The notes under the pieces: model-generated | Databases searched by the model: none | Told to the model about the DNA's origin: nothing | Seen by the model: only the letters and a program-made list of their open reading frames with translations | Made by a program: the position numbers and the translations under genes | Shown: piece by piece, positions 63,716-64,000 of the stretch | Numbering within the stretch: the first letter of the stretch is position 1 | Layout: each line of letters opens with the position of its first letter | DNA from: a virus | Lineage: Duplodnaviria; Caudoviricetes | Virus record (IMG/VR): IMGVR_UViG_3300037067_016725 | Location: 1-64,000 of that record | DNA length: 64,000 nucleotides | Direction: 5' to 3' (one strand)

Positions 63716-64000
63716 GTGGCAGACGATATTACAAAGTTCAAAAGCTTGAACTACATGAGCAACAGAGTTGTTCGAAATGCCATGTCAGGTAAGAAGAATG
63801 ACCCTGATGCAGGTATGTTGGTAACTGAGACCGCCTCCTTTTCGGATACGGTAACTCCTCAAAGTTATTTGATGAGATCCGAGATAACCTCGGACACTAC
63901 CTTTACAGTGGCCTCTGTGACTTTCCAAGAGGGAAGTGCCGTTGTAACAACAACTACTCCAAATGGGTTTTCTAATGTACAGGTAGGGGACTCTTTAAGG
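63716..64000 (+). CDS. Baseplate/tail structural protein (3' partial)
   Basis: GTG start after GAGG. Open frame MADDITKFKSLNYMSNRVV... to the window end. Confidence 0.55.
   Translation, partial: MADDITKFKSLNYMSNRVVRNAMSGKKNDPDAGMLVTETASFSDTVTPQSYLMRSEITSDTTFTVASVTFQEGSAVVTTTTPNGFSNVQVGDSLR

Noticed and set aside
1-64000. Stop-codon reassignment
   Set aside because: Long genes are intact in the standard code, and TAA, TAG and TGA all end genes at sensible boundaries.

Overview
This window is the late (virion morphogenesis) region of a large contractile-tailed bacteriophage. Genes are densely packed and almost all on the + strand. The order is: fibre/spike gene cut by the 5' edge, portal (3012), small head-associated genes, HK97/assemblin-type prohead protease (9055), scaffold, decoration protein and HK97-fold major capsid protein (12546). 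Next come enzymes and large acidic proteins (aspartoacylase-like, HAD nucleotidase, HEXXH peptidase, bacterioferritin, SWIM protein), a Thr-rich collagen-like fibre next to a 1341-aa four-domain glycosyltransferase, neck/whisker genes, an actin-family ATPase with an upstream partner, then tail terminator, sheath, tube, chaperones, tape measure, tube initiators (one fused to a lytic transglycosylase), hub and spike. An SLT domain, intrinsic terminators and AGGAG-type RBSs indicate a bacterial host, and the standard code fits. The main findings beyond the gene list are: (1) a 12-bp motif TAATCTnnTAAT upstream of 16 gene groups (11 exact copies), a likely late promoter; (2) an apparent capsid-cargo system, with K/R-x-A-S sites, a shared LDKVA...LA..(L/I)D.V.N helical tag and a DLKGL(F/Y) C-terminal peptide, attached to enzymes including a bacterioferritin and a remodelled aspartoacylase; (3) a volactin-like actin plus partner in its own transcription unit; (4) a candidate virion glycosylation module controlled by an unannotated 58-aa ribbon-helix-helix gene and an overlapping palindrome; (5) several structured RNA leaders. 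All protein calls come from motif recognition and gene order only, with no database searches.
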